This document shows positions 52,446 to 64,000 of a stretch of DNA of 64,000 nucleotides, one piece after another (the stretch's first letter is position 1; every line of letters starts with the position of its first letter). Made by a program: the position numbers and the translations under genes. The stretch comes from Yuukianura sp. NJ FZ-2021 (taxonomy: Eukaryota): assembly GCA_046563655.1 (NCBI GenBank), contig CM102286.1, positions 6,510,001-6,574,000 on the forward strand, given 5' to 3'. A model generated the notes under the pieces. The model saw only the letters and a list, made by a program, of their open reading frames with translations. It had not been told where the DNA came from and ran no database searches.

Positions 52446-55400
52446 TCGTGTCTTATCCTCTTTTTTCATTATACTCTCCCTTGGGGATTCTTGAGGACCA
52501 CAACAGTGAACGATAGGGTCAAAGGTGAAAGGACAACTGTGGCAACACGCCAACTCAATTTATGAGGTAACAAATAATACACGGTAAAATTCATCCTCTA
52601 GTACTTTTGACAATGAAGTATCCAGTATTTCTTGTGTGATATTTCTGTTTTCATATAAGGACTCTAAATATGACTCTTGGATTGGGGATAGATATTTTGA
52701 ATAAAGTTTCGCAAATTCTTAGCTGAGTGAAGTAAACTGAAGGCCAGCTTACGCGGCGCTGATAAAGTTGGGAGCACTTTCACCGGAAGTGTCCGTTTTT
52801 TAAAATAATAATTCGCTAATTTCGTTGGCGGATTTCAATTAACATTGACTGATTAAAAATAAACTTCCATCCAACCAAACGTTGCTTACTTTAACAGCGT
52901 TTGTAGCACATTTTCTAAAAAATTAATGACTCAAGGGAAATAGTAATGATTTAACAAGATTCGACTCCGAACCTAGAATGACTTTTAGAATTTGCTGACA
53001 TATGACTGTATGGTGCTGGGTCGATGGGTTAAAAGCTGAAGAGACGCCATATTAGGGCTTCCGGAGACGCTTATTAAATGATCAAATGATGGACCAAAAG
53101 ATTCTTCTGGAGAGTGTAAAGATTGGCTGACTGAAGCAAAACATGGAACGGGAAGTGGATAAAGTGATGCAGAAAGAAAGTAGGGACCAGAGTCAATAAA
53201 GCCCAAATCTTCAGCTGAGTCAATAAAGTTTTGGTTTCCTTTCGTTCCAGTGCCCGAATTCTGCGCCATACGACAGAATTCAAAATTTACCGATAAGTAT
53301 TAACCGGTATTTCTACAAACTGGACAAAACGCTAAAAAAGAAGTTGTGTTGCATAGAAAGTCAACTCTCATGATTTGTAGATCCCAATGAATGCCATTGA
53401 ATTGTAGACCTCGATTCGAGGAATTCACTGGAGTGGGCATGGAGAAAAGAGAAATCAAATGTTTACTTTCCCTTTGACTTTGATGATGATTCAATCGAAA
53501 GGTCTTTCTCTACACAATAAACGGAGCTTCGTCTAGTATTCCGTGTACTTTTGTTCAGTTGAGGAGTCCAATCCAATAAAAGATTATTGCCAAAGAAAGG
53601 ATTACTGGTCCAAACGTTCCCACATTCATCTTGGTCTCGCCTCGTTTTCCTTTCACAAAGTATCTGGCGCTTAACAAAACACATTTCTCGCTACTAGGAA
53701 GAAAAATGTGATTCTCGCTTGTCGCAAGATGATTTGATTTCCCTGATTTTATTACGAGGACGATATTTTACGATGCTGGACAAAACTTAATTTAGTACAA
53801 AGATGGTGTGAAGTAGTCAAATTTTCATAGTTTTTGCAAAAGTTCTGCAGCTTTCTGAAAGATTCAAAACCAGAGTTTTATAACACCAGCCAAGATCATC
53901 AAATTACAACGCTGGTACACAACATTTACGTAACAAAATCTTCGTGTGTTGCCGAAACGCCAGAAATTGAATAATTTAAGTAATGCAATCAAATTTATTA
54001 TATAGAATACGGAAACACATCATATCGTGTCGTGCGAAATTTAACGCGTGCTTTTCCATACCCCAAGACATTTTTCTTCGTCCGTACGTAATAACTAAAG
54101 CAAATTTTTACGTTCACATTTTTGTATATGGCAGGTAAAACGAATATGCAAAAGCAGTAGTTGTATGTGATAGTGAAATTAAGTTGATGTACAGGCAAAT
54201 GCGATATGACAGGTTGATTCTCCTGAGTGTCTACTTTGATCATCGTTCTCCTATGACTCAATATTTTCATTTGATGGTTTTTTCGTTTGCGTTAAGGTGG
54301 TATTATAGATTTAGGCCTCCTTCAAAAGGAAATGGTTTTGGTCCGCTGTCTTTCTTTCAAAATATTTTTCTCTTGCTTCTCCCTCAATCTAAAACTGTTA
54401 GACGCTCTTGGGAAATGAGAATCGATTGCTCAACTTTATTCGATGGCATACTTAAGATTGGAAAGGAAAAATTCAAAGTTAGAAAGAAGTAAAGCGTAGG
54501 TAGTTTCTCAACCTAAGGACGAACGATATCGGATTTCATCGCGAAGTTTGCCAGGACGATCCCCACACTTCGTTTACAAAGAATAGAAGCTTTCTTTTTC
54601 AGAAAAACAAAATATTCTAAGGAATCGGTGTAGTGGAGTGAAGACCTACTCACTTCATCTCTATTTGGAGAAGGTAACGGAGAAAGCGGAAGCAGACTTT
54701 CACCACCGGCATCAAAACAAATGGACTTTTCAAAAACAATACTCAAGAACTTTTACCTTACATTGAATCTACAGAAAATGCATATTCTACACCTAAAGTA
54801 ACAGCAAAAGACAACGCCAGGAAAAGGCAGACCAAATCCGTGTTCCTAAGTCCTAGAAATTGAAAGACAAAATGAAATCCCTCCCCGCCAAATAACAATT
54901 TCTTGCGTGAGAGGAGCGAGGAGCTTCGAGAAAAGTTCCAACGGGAAAACCCAAGAATCGCTCACCACTATATGTTGTTGAGCAAAACTCCGTTTTTGGA
55001 AGCCAATTCATCTTTTCCTGACTTCTTCCGCCGTGGTTTAAGGTCTTGAGGGAATTTCCTCACCGTATCTGGCTTCAACACATTTTTCTATGAATAAGCT
55101 GCCCCGGGAAAAGAAATACAAAGTTACTAAAGAAAGTGTTGCTTTCTGCCGAGCATTTCTCCCGTAACTGAGACAGACGGAGAAAGTCCTGTTGCTAAGG
55201 AGGAATCTGTAACTTTACAATTTCTCCTGTTATTCTCCGTAAGTATTTCAAAGTCTTCGCTTTATTAACTTACGACGCTTGACATGGCGGATGACTAAAA
55301 ACTTGTGTTGAACAGTGCATTAACACCTAAAAGTCGTCATTTATTAAATTTTGTTCCGAAGAAACAAGCTTCCTCGAAACAAAAGAAGACCTAGCAGTAA

Positions 55401-56388
55401 CCTTCATACTCTATCCTAATCTTTTCCCTTCATGTCAATTTCCACAGTGTAATTCAGCTTAGAAACATACATCTTACTCCACTTGGAGTTAGTTTAGTCG
55501 TTATTCTACTCCTCTAAAATCCTATAAATGTAAGTTCCAAACGCCCTTTAGCAAGTAGTCACAATCAGAGTCAAGCTAGCTTCCAGAGCTTCAACAGCTC
55601 TTCCCATTTGTCTCTCACCGTAACCTTCTTTACATTAAATAAAGCTCATACAATTGGACTCGTTGTTTGTGCTTGACCTCATTTTGACCTCTCACCTCTC
55701 TATTCGGTAGTGCGGCGTAACCCTTACGCTGCAGACCGAACAAATTTCATACCGAAGGTTATAATAATAGATAATCACGCATAAGTCAAATTACCATCAA
55801 ATCTTTTTGTTCATTTAATTTAAGCTCCAATTTCTTATATTTTAAAACATTTAATGTTTTTGTTTATTCCAATGTAGCGGATAGCAAGGTTTTTTTTAAT
55901 TGATCAATTTAAAATCAAATGATTTCATTGTTTTTCAAACGACTCCACGTAGAATAGGATCGAAAACAACGCATAATTAAAGTAAGCTTGTTTTCAGCCC
56001 ACTTAGGGAAGTGTAAATATAATTTTACGTGATTTTCTAAACTGAAAGAGTTAAATGCTTAATCAATCAGCACTTGTTTGTAGCTCAATCATGTGGCCAT
56101 TTCAGCAACACATCAAATCGATTTAATTTATATCTTGCTGTTTTATTGAATGTTTTGGCCTTCTGAAAACACGTTGCTATTGTTTGTTATGCTACTGAAA
56201 AACATGTTTAATATTGGAAATCATATCACAAACGTGTGGATTCATAAGTACTTTCGCAATCAAACTAACCGTAAGTAAAACAGAATTAAATAGGAAACAT
56301 ACACGTTGTACAAAAGTTTAGGCTGCTAGCTATGTCTTCAATGAAGGAAACATTTTCCGGAATTTTTTAACTTTTAATGCTTGGCAGA

Positions 56389-58145
56389 TCAGTGACCTCC
56401 GTCCTTAATTTGCTCCGATTTCTTGTGATGAATAAGTACATGCGTGTTGAGTTGACTCTTTTGAGTGCATCTTTTCCCGCATTGGAGACATTCATAAGGC
56501 GTTTCACCGGTGTGGATTCGTGTATGTACTCTTAAGTTTCCTGCGAGTCGGAATCTGAAGTACAAAAAAACCATCAACTAAAAAGTGCAAAAGTCGCAAC
56601 GCATGTTATTAAATTTTATGAAATTGTTGCTTACGTTTTTGAGCATACGCCACATCTGTATGGCTTTTCCCCTGTGTGTAGTCGAAGGTGGGCTTTGAGC
56701 TGATAAGGCTTGCTGTACTGCTTTTGACATACATGACAACTATGCATTCCTGGAGCGGCGGGAGAGTCTGGTGGGGTCATCCGGTGGGATTCGTGTGGGG
56801 AAGAGCTCAAATAACGAGGACTTCCGGCCGTTTCGAAGTGTTCCGCCATTTTTTCATAGGACACTTGAGCCTCTTGTGCATTTTGTACATTGTCAATTGG
56901 AGGGGACGGAAGGAATGTCGGATACAAATAGGCAGGCTTCTTCAGCAGCGGCAGAGGAAACTGCGGTCCTTGTTTGAAATGCTGATTGTACGATTGCTGG
57001 ATTCTTAGCTGGGACTCAAGTAGTTGACCGTATTCTGCAAAAAATAAAATAATAAATAAAAATTAGTTATTTCATATTAAAAAAAACATGAGCACGAGTG
57101 CTTGAAGTCTGAAGTTACCTGTATTAGCTGATTGCCTAAATTCACTTCTGGCAACATCATCGCTGTTTCTCCCTGGCCGTGATTCTTCGATTTCAAAAAT
57201 TTCAACATCGTTTTTCACAAAAAGTGATTTCCGTTTGGCATCTTTCGGTTGAACAATGTCATAATGTTGAAGGTCTAGTTCTTTCCTGGTTGAGTAAATA
57301 AAATGGTAACGAATAGATGCTTAACCCGATTTTACGTATTCTTACAACACTAAATTACAAATGCTTTACGAGACTTACTTAATTTCACGTCTCAACATGA
57401 TGGCCTCGCTGTCAATGTTTGGTGATGTTGGTGTTTCCGCAACCGGAACAACCCTTGATCCAGAATCTCTTCTATCAATATTCTTCTTTTCTTTTACGGA
57501 GGAATGTAAACGTTGTAAACTGCGGTTTTGCTCAGTTTCATACTGGTCGTGGTCCATGCCATCCATACTTTCTTCGTCCTCATATTTTGGAAGAAAGGAA
57601 TTTTTGAATGTAACTTTTTGCATCACTGTTTTATAAAACAAAAAGTTACAAAAGATATTTAAATTCTAGAATTAAAACCAATTTTCTAAGAGTATTTGCT
57701 TACTGTTAAAAACTTCTCGTCTAAATGCATCCACTCGTTGGTCGGAGGACATTCGGCGAGCAGAACGATCTTGTGACTGAAGCATGGTGCCCCTGATCAT
57801 TTCCGTGTTCAAAATTATTTCTTGCTGGATAACTCCAAGTTCATCGTAGAGGCTGGACAAGCGACATGCAAGGCCAGTGCAAGAGTCGCAGAATGGCATG
57901 GCTTCACGGGAAAAGTCCCAAGCTCCTGTGTATGTCGATGGGTCAACATCCAAAATTTTGCAGAATATTGTGAACGCATTTTGATTGTTTTCAATGTCGA
58001 AAGACTCAATAGAATCTCGCCGTCGAGCTTTGAAGATGTCGCTGGCGTACTCGCGGTAGCATAAAAGGCAGGCCTTGCTTGGCTTGCTGTACTTGACTTT
58101 TAAATCTTGGTTGAGCATTCGCGTTCTATGCAGTGACTGCGACAT
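56389..58145 (-). CDS. ZAD-like domain + three C2H2 zinc-finger transcription factor; exons 58145-57704, 57625-57379, 57285-57119, 57034-56635, 56554-56389
   Basis: N-terminal CxxC...CxxC (ACLLC...PFCDSC) followed by a coiled-coil-like helix. The C-terminal fingers are [41 protein letters not shown]. All splice phases join into one frame. Confidence 0.88.
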
Positions 58146-58282
58146 TTTTGATTAAATCTGTAAGAAAAAGAAAGCTGTACCAGAGTTTCTGAATTTCAAT
58201 GTAAGTCTGCATTTCAACTGCACTAGTTTTGATAAAATATTATTATTAGTAGTCTAATTTTTCTTGGAATGATTCTGTAAGA

Positions 58283-58294
58283 TGCGCATGCGCA
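58283..58294. promoter_or_regulatory. NRF-1/Erect-wing consensus palindrome
   Basis: Perfect TGCGCATGCGCA ~140 bp upstream of the zinc-finger gene ATG, probably within a 5'-UTR intron. Confidence 0.45.
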
Positions 58295-59174
58295 TTATAG
58301 ATTAAATTCGCCGGAGATTGGTTTCAGGCTGAGGGTTACGTATGATACATGTTTCGTTATGGGAGATTGGAGTTTAACTATTTGTTTTTAAAATCCGTAC
58401 TTAAGCGTATTAAAGAGAGCATGGAGATCACTAGAAATGGACTTCACCATTAATGGATTTTTGTGAGTGTTGATTACCCGTGCTTAACTTATCTCGGGTG
58501 ATGCCAGTAGCCTACAAATTCCAACAAAATCAGTGCCAAATTTATTCTGAACTGAATGATGGCATGAGCTGTTGTAGATTCCTTGCTAACTGAATGATTA
58601 CGTGTTATATTACATTGCACAATATACGTGAAGTGATTGGAGGTACAAGTCCAACTCCAATTTCAAGTGAACTATTTGTTCACCAATGGAATTTCCGTTC
58701 CAAATGCACATATGTATACTGTAAATTTTTTGTTTAATTTCGTAAAATTTCTCACAAAAATTTACTACAGTCATATAATAAGCATGCCAAATTGTTTCTA
58801 AATATAATATGTTTTAGAATTAAACTTACCAAAAATTGTGAAATGAGCAAAGTTGTGGGACTCGACGAGGTTAAAGACAGGTAGGCGACTAGTTTAAAGC
58901 CACTCTTAAAACTACTGTCGGAATGAGAGTTGTGTACAGTTGTGTTGTTAACCTAAATTTGCCTTCTACATATAAGGAATAACGCAGGTGAGGTTGGTAA
59001 CTTTGAGGATATCAACTTATAACTGGACTTTGGGTAGTAGATCCGTTATGTTCCACTCTTGTGTAGCAGCGTGTCAACACCCCACTTAATTTTTTATGAG
59101 CACTTCTACTGTGTGCTGATACAACACATATACGAACAACAAGTCTCTGGCACAACAAGTTTGTGTATGTATAT

Positions 59175-60032
59175 CAGAGGTGGTAGCCTGCAACTATTTT
59201 CCCCAACCTGCCCCGCCTGCACTGCAGGAATTTTTAGCCTGCACGCCTGCAGCCTGCAAAATTATCGAAAATCGGCAGCCTGCACGCCTGCACCTGCAAG
59301 GCTCTTCAGCAGGCCAGCCTGCAGCCTGCGCAGGCTGCCTGCAGTTAGCCTGCAATTTTTTTTATACGAACTGTAATCTACGAAAATTTTAATATACACT
59401 TACAACTACTGCGTAAATTCGTTTGCGTATAATGGCAATTACTCAATCACCCTCGATTATCTGTCGGTTGTCCTTTCCAAACACGTAGGGAGAAAAATTC
59501 CTAGTAATAAATTGTTTTGCGACACTGCTACCTTACTTTTGGTTTGTTTAACTTTTAAAAATTCTGGATCGTTGCACATAAAAAAATCCTCAAAAGTTAT
59601 ACTGTCAAATCTTGCGTTGCCTACACGGGCAAGTGTAACGCCAACTTTACTTAACCATATTTCTGCCTCCGGATTCATTATTTATTGTTTAAAGGCCCTG
59701 TAGTGCAACTAATGTGCAGCAAAAAGTTTGCATAGTTCCATTGACTTTAATTCTTCAACATTCCAAAGTAATTTTTCTATTCGTTTCTGTTTTTTCTTGA
59801 AGTTTCTGAGAATAAACTCTCAAAAAATCACAACCCGCAGCCTGCAGGCGATATGCAGGCTCCTGCAGGCGCCTGCAGAGCATTGCAGTCCGAACCCGCC
59901 CGCCTGCAACATTTCCAAATAAAAACCTGCACGCCTGCAGCCTGCAAAAATCCACCGCAGGTTGAGCCCGCCTGCACGTGCTGCAGGTTGGCCTGCAACC
60001 TGCGCAGGTTTACCTGCGGGCTACCACCTCTG
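59175..60032 (-). mobile_element. Non-autonomous hAT element, copy 2 (858 bp), reverse complement of 51589-52445
   Basis: Same TIRs as copy 1, with its own 8-bp TSD ATGTATAT (59167-59174, 60033-60040). The ORF track shows the same translations on the opposite strand. Confidence 0.93.
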
Positions 60033-62936
60033 ATGTATATTGCGATCTTCCCAAAAGTTATTCCTTTTAAAAGCTCTCACCCCTGAACAGATTTGCAATT
60101 CCTGGTCCCCACCAGGATACATATCAAGAGATATAAACGAATTCAACAGATTCCTAACTGTCCTTCCTAATTACGCCTGTTTTTCTGAACGAACGTAGTG
60201 TCTCCGATGAATCTAGTAGTGGGTTAATAAACATCCGCTTTAGGCAAAAAGTTCCACAGTGGGGGTTAGAAGTATCTGAGCAGGCTGGAAGGAGCTATTT
60301 CGTTTTTGCATTGGGGATGAGCAGCGATTTGCTGGGATTGAATAAAGCTCATGCCTCGAGTAGAGGAGTCCGAAGGTTTCAAAGTTGCTGATTCCAAAGG
60401 TTCATCTCTGTATTTCTGTCGAAAGTGGGTGTTAATTGGCACTCAGACTCACCTTTCCTGCCCCACATCTCTCTCCCTTCCATTTTAATCGTACCAGAAC
60501 ACAGTTTGTAGCATTGAACTCACCTTCATTACTCAACTTTAATTCATTTCACGAACGGAGTATTTTTTTGGGAGTAAGGTGCTGTTATTCATTCAGTTTT
60601 TTCAATAATGCGACGACAACTTTGCACAATCGATGCCAATTCAATATTTTTCATACGAAGGACTATTTCCCGTTCTTTTGTATGCCCAACTTTTGAATAA
60701 TATTTGAACAAAAAAATAGTGTTTCCAATACACTCAAATGTAGGAGTACACGTAATTTAAAGTTCAACATTTTAATTAAAAAGCATGCATGGAGTATTTT
60801 TTGTCGCCTAAATACGTCCTCACATTGTAGGAAAATTTTCAAGCTGAGACATTCGTTGATTTGGTCTTAAGCGTCTGACTGTAACACACTTGATTTTGCG
60901 CAGTTAAAATTCCAAATAGTGCCATTTGGTGGCTTGGGTAGCGCACCCTGATTAGAGGATAGAAGTCGAATAGTACAATTGCAAAAAGTAAAAACGTTTG
61001 CCAAAATGTATTACACTTTTCCATTATTTGTTACACATGAAATATTTCTAGGGTCAATGGACAATATCCGGTCAATTTGGATTTTTAATTCTACAAAGTT
61101 CAAACCGTCGCACCAAACCTATTATGCGTTATTTGCTTACTTACCATGTAAATACCAATCGTTCTTCTACTGTATCTACTATATGTACTAAAACGTCAAA
61201 CTTGCCGCTTCTTCTGAAAACTAAATATGAGTACAGTTGAAACCAAACTTGTTTAACTCAGAATTTTGTTTATTTTTGCTTACGCCATTTGTATAAATGG
61301 TAGCTATAGCAATCTTGAGTTGAAACAGCATCGACGTCACTCATCTTACTTACTGTTTTTGCGAATTTCCGCAGGTATGCATCCAATTCCAATCATTGGA
61401 GTTCGAAAAACAAGCACAGGAAAACAAGTTTGGATGTTAACTTTAGTAGTAGGTGAACTTGAGATGCAGACCTTTTAAAAATGGAGTCAACTTGCATTAC
61501 CTAGTTGTTGTTTTTAAATTTGAATGCTGCATTTATAGTTCAAAACTTTAGTACAACTGTACTAAAAGTTTTGTTTGTAAAAATCCTTAGAGTATTTTAG
61601 ATGCAGTTAATTCATTGCTCCTTTGAGGTAAAAGTAGATTAAAGGGTTTGATTTTTTTTCACCCTAGTTAATCAGAATTATAAATGTCAATTTTCGAATT
61701 TTCAACCAAAGTTCATGGTACTCACATTCTTCTGATATGTATACTTTTTAGCGTTCGAAATAACTTTTCCAAACATCTTCGCCCAAGATCAAAGGTTATT
61801 TTTTAGTAATTGTAGAACTTTAAGAGTAAAAAAGATTGCTCTCATTCGTAAGTAAAACATAGATTTTTATTGAAAATTGGAGGAGTGGATTGAGTGTCAA
61901 GGTTTAAACCTGATAAGCAACAAATCAGAAGTGTTGCACAAAATTTTTTGGATATGACAGTATGACGTTATGCCACTTCAGCTGATGGAAGTTCAAAGAT
62001 GAAGTGGTTGGAGTGATTACCAATACTACCGAACCGGACATTTATGACATAAATGAAGAATGCCAAGCATGATCGCTTTTGATAAGGCATCAATTAACAA
62101 TGTTGTCCAGCAGAATGCGCAAAAAACTTGCAAATTTCGTGATCATACCTGAGCATCTCGCGGATTCCTTTCCTTGTGACATTTGTTAGAGTGATTTGAA
62201 CAAATCAGGAGTCGCGTTAAGCCGATCCAAGATATTTTGTTTTATTAAAAAAAAATACCAAACCTACGTTTAAAAAGTCGTCACATAATTTAGATTTCTG
62301 ATGACTCTGTTAGTTCGGTTCCTGTATCCTGTATAAACGCAGCTTTCTCCTTTTAGTTTGAAGATTTTGACGGCGTATAGCTCCTGTTGTGCCTTTGTAG
62401 CTATGCCATTCTTTTGTTGTAATAATGATCTCATCCTACATGATGAGGCAGCCAGTGTCTCTAATCTGAATTCACGCCATTTAACTTACCACTCATGTGT
62501 ACTCAGCAAAGAAAGCTTTCACTGCCTCCTTTGGAGTCTCGCGAATGTCTTCTGCTCCTCGGATGAACGGGATTTGGAAATCTCGACTTGATCTTAACCG
62601 ACTTATGAGGGCCCTCCCAGAACCCGCCTGCTGTTTATGCATTATTTACTCCGGGAATTCAGCCCCATAAATCTAGCCTTAGTCTTAAATCCTCCACGCT
62701 TCCCCCACCCTATCACTTTCTCCGCAACATGACAATTAATTATACTGGTTTTGTTTTCTCGGAATTGTTTTCTTGGTGACTTTTCTGTACTCGGTGGCCA
62801 ATGGGTTTTGGCTATAACAGATTCAAATGTCCTCAGTCTCATCGCCCCTTGTATGAACAGTTTCCAACTTTTACTTTCTTGATTTAGTTGGGATAACAAA
62901 AGGTAATAAGGAATCACCACTCTACACGCTCCACAG

Positions 62937-63653
62937 GGTTCCATGCCATTAGGCCCAATGAATTAGGCCCACAGCCATCAGGCCCAATGAATTAGGCCTA
63001 AAACAATTAGGCCCTCACTGCCTTTAGGCCCAAATCAATTGGGCCCACAAAAATTTTAGGCCCAAAACTTTTAGGCCCACAGCATCTTTAGGCCCTCATG
63101 CTTTACACCCTCAGATTTTTAGGTCCTCGGACACTTATGGACGAATACTACTGGAGTACAGAAAGTGGTCACCAAATAACAATTTTTGAAGGCTATAAAA
63201 ACCTTATTTCGAAAAAAAACATACCTAACATAAAAAGAAACCCTCGAAACTTAATCCGTATTGCGAACTCTAAAAAACCTAACCTTACTTAACATAAACG
63301 CTCGAGACGTAATCAGCATTGCCGACGTTAAAGAAACCTAACACCGCGCCTTCGGCGCGGGAAACTATAAACACACTATGAACCACAGGGGCTGTCCATA
63401 AAGGATTCGTGTGTCGTGTCCACAAGTGTCCGGGTCCATAAGCGGCTGTGTCCATAAGTGTCCGAGGAACTAAAAATCTGAGGGTGTAAAGCGTGAGGGC
63501 CTAAAGATGCTGTGGCCTAAAAGTTTTGGGCCTAAAATTTTTGTGGGCCTAATTCATTTGGGCCTAAAGGCAGTGAGGGCCTAATTGTTTTGGGCCAAAT
63601 TCATTGGGCCTGATGGCTGTGGGCCTAATTCATTGGGCCTAATGGCGTGCTTC
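62937..63653. mobile_element. Mutator/foldback-like non-autonomous element with ~200-bp TIRs built from TAGGCCC repeats
   Basis: Ends GGTTCCATGCCATTAGGCCC ... GGGCCTAATGGCGTGCTTC, with a 9-bp TSD GCTCCACAG (62928-62936, 63654-63662). The long TIRs are imperfect. The interior has AACCTAACCT and a CCGCGCC-TTC-GGCGCGG hairpin. Confidence 0.85.
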
Positions 63654-64000
63654 GCTCCACAGAGCCACAAATGGAATCCTCTGACACATGTTAGTTGTCT
63701 GTCGCAAAAATGTCAACCGGCGTCATTAATTATTTGTAAATGCTTTTAGAGATTAAGAAAATGCAGTTTAACTTACGCATTTGTCGGGGAGGGTTTATAA
63801 CCTTGAAATCATAAATTTGACAGTGATATCTAGTGTCTGTGACGCTTTTTCAGCCGCATTGATTTTTACGCTTTTTGTGTTCCGATGGTCATGAATTTCT
63901 TGGAATCGGAATATAAACTTTGTAATCTGATTGGACAAATCCTAGGAAATCATTGTTGACAAAAGATAGTAAACAGGTTTGTCGTGATTCCTGTAGTTAA

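Noticed and set aside
51581..60040. A single composite transposon that carried the zinc-finger gene to this site
   Set aside because: The outer flanks do not share a TSD, and each copy has its own matched TSD, so the copies inserted independently.
62943..63650. CRISPR-like repeat/spacer appearance of the TAGGCCC units
   Set aside because: The units are ~7 bp with irregular short spacing and are mirrored as TIRs in a eukaryotic context. No cas genes are present.

Overview
This is eukaryotic, AT-rich genomic DNA with many short GT-AG introns, most of them 55-90 nt. It is almost certainly arthropod; a springtail-like hexapod is an inference from the gene style. Eight spliced protein-coding genes can be reconstructed by hand. 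On the minus strand are ITPK1, COX11, fork head/FoxA and a ZAD-type C2H2 zinc-finger gene. On the plus strand are a chymotrypsin-like S1 serine protease, a single-ChtBD2 chitin-binding mucin-like protein, an EGLN/PHD HIF prolyl hydroxylase with no visible MYND finger, and an importin-alpha (alpha2/pendulin-like). Non-coding space holds many non-autonomous DNA transposons, most with readable target-site duplications (TSDs). These are two near-identical hAT elements in inverted orientation around the zinc-finger gene, a third hAT MITE, Harbinger-like and Tc1/mariner-like MITEs, and a complete DINE-1/HINE-like Helentron derivative. There are also two Mutator/foldback-like elements that share the same asymmetric ends but carry different internal repeat modules. 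I found no prokaryotic features, rRNA, tRNA or CRISPR array, and no clearly novel multi-gene system. The most unusual signals are in transposon architecture and a few gene-structure oddities. All exon coordinates were derived manually and are not supported by transcript data.
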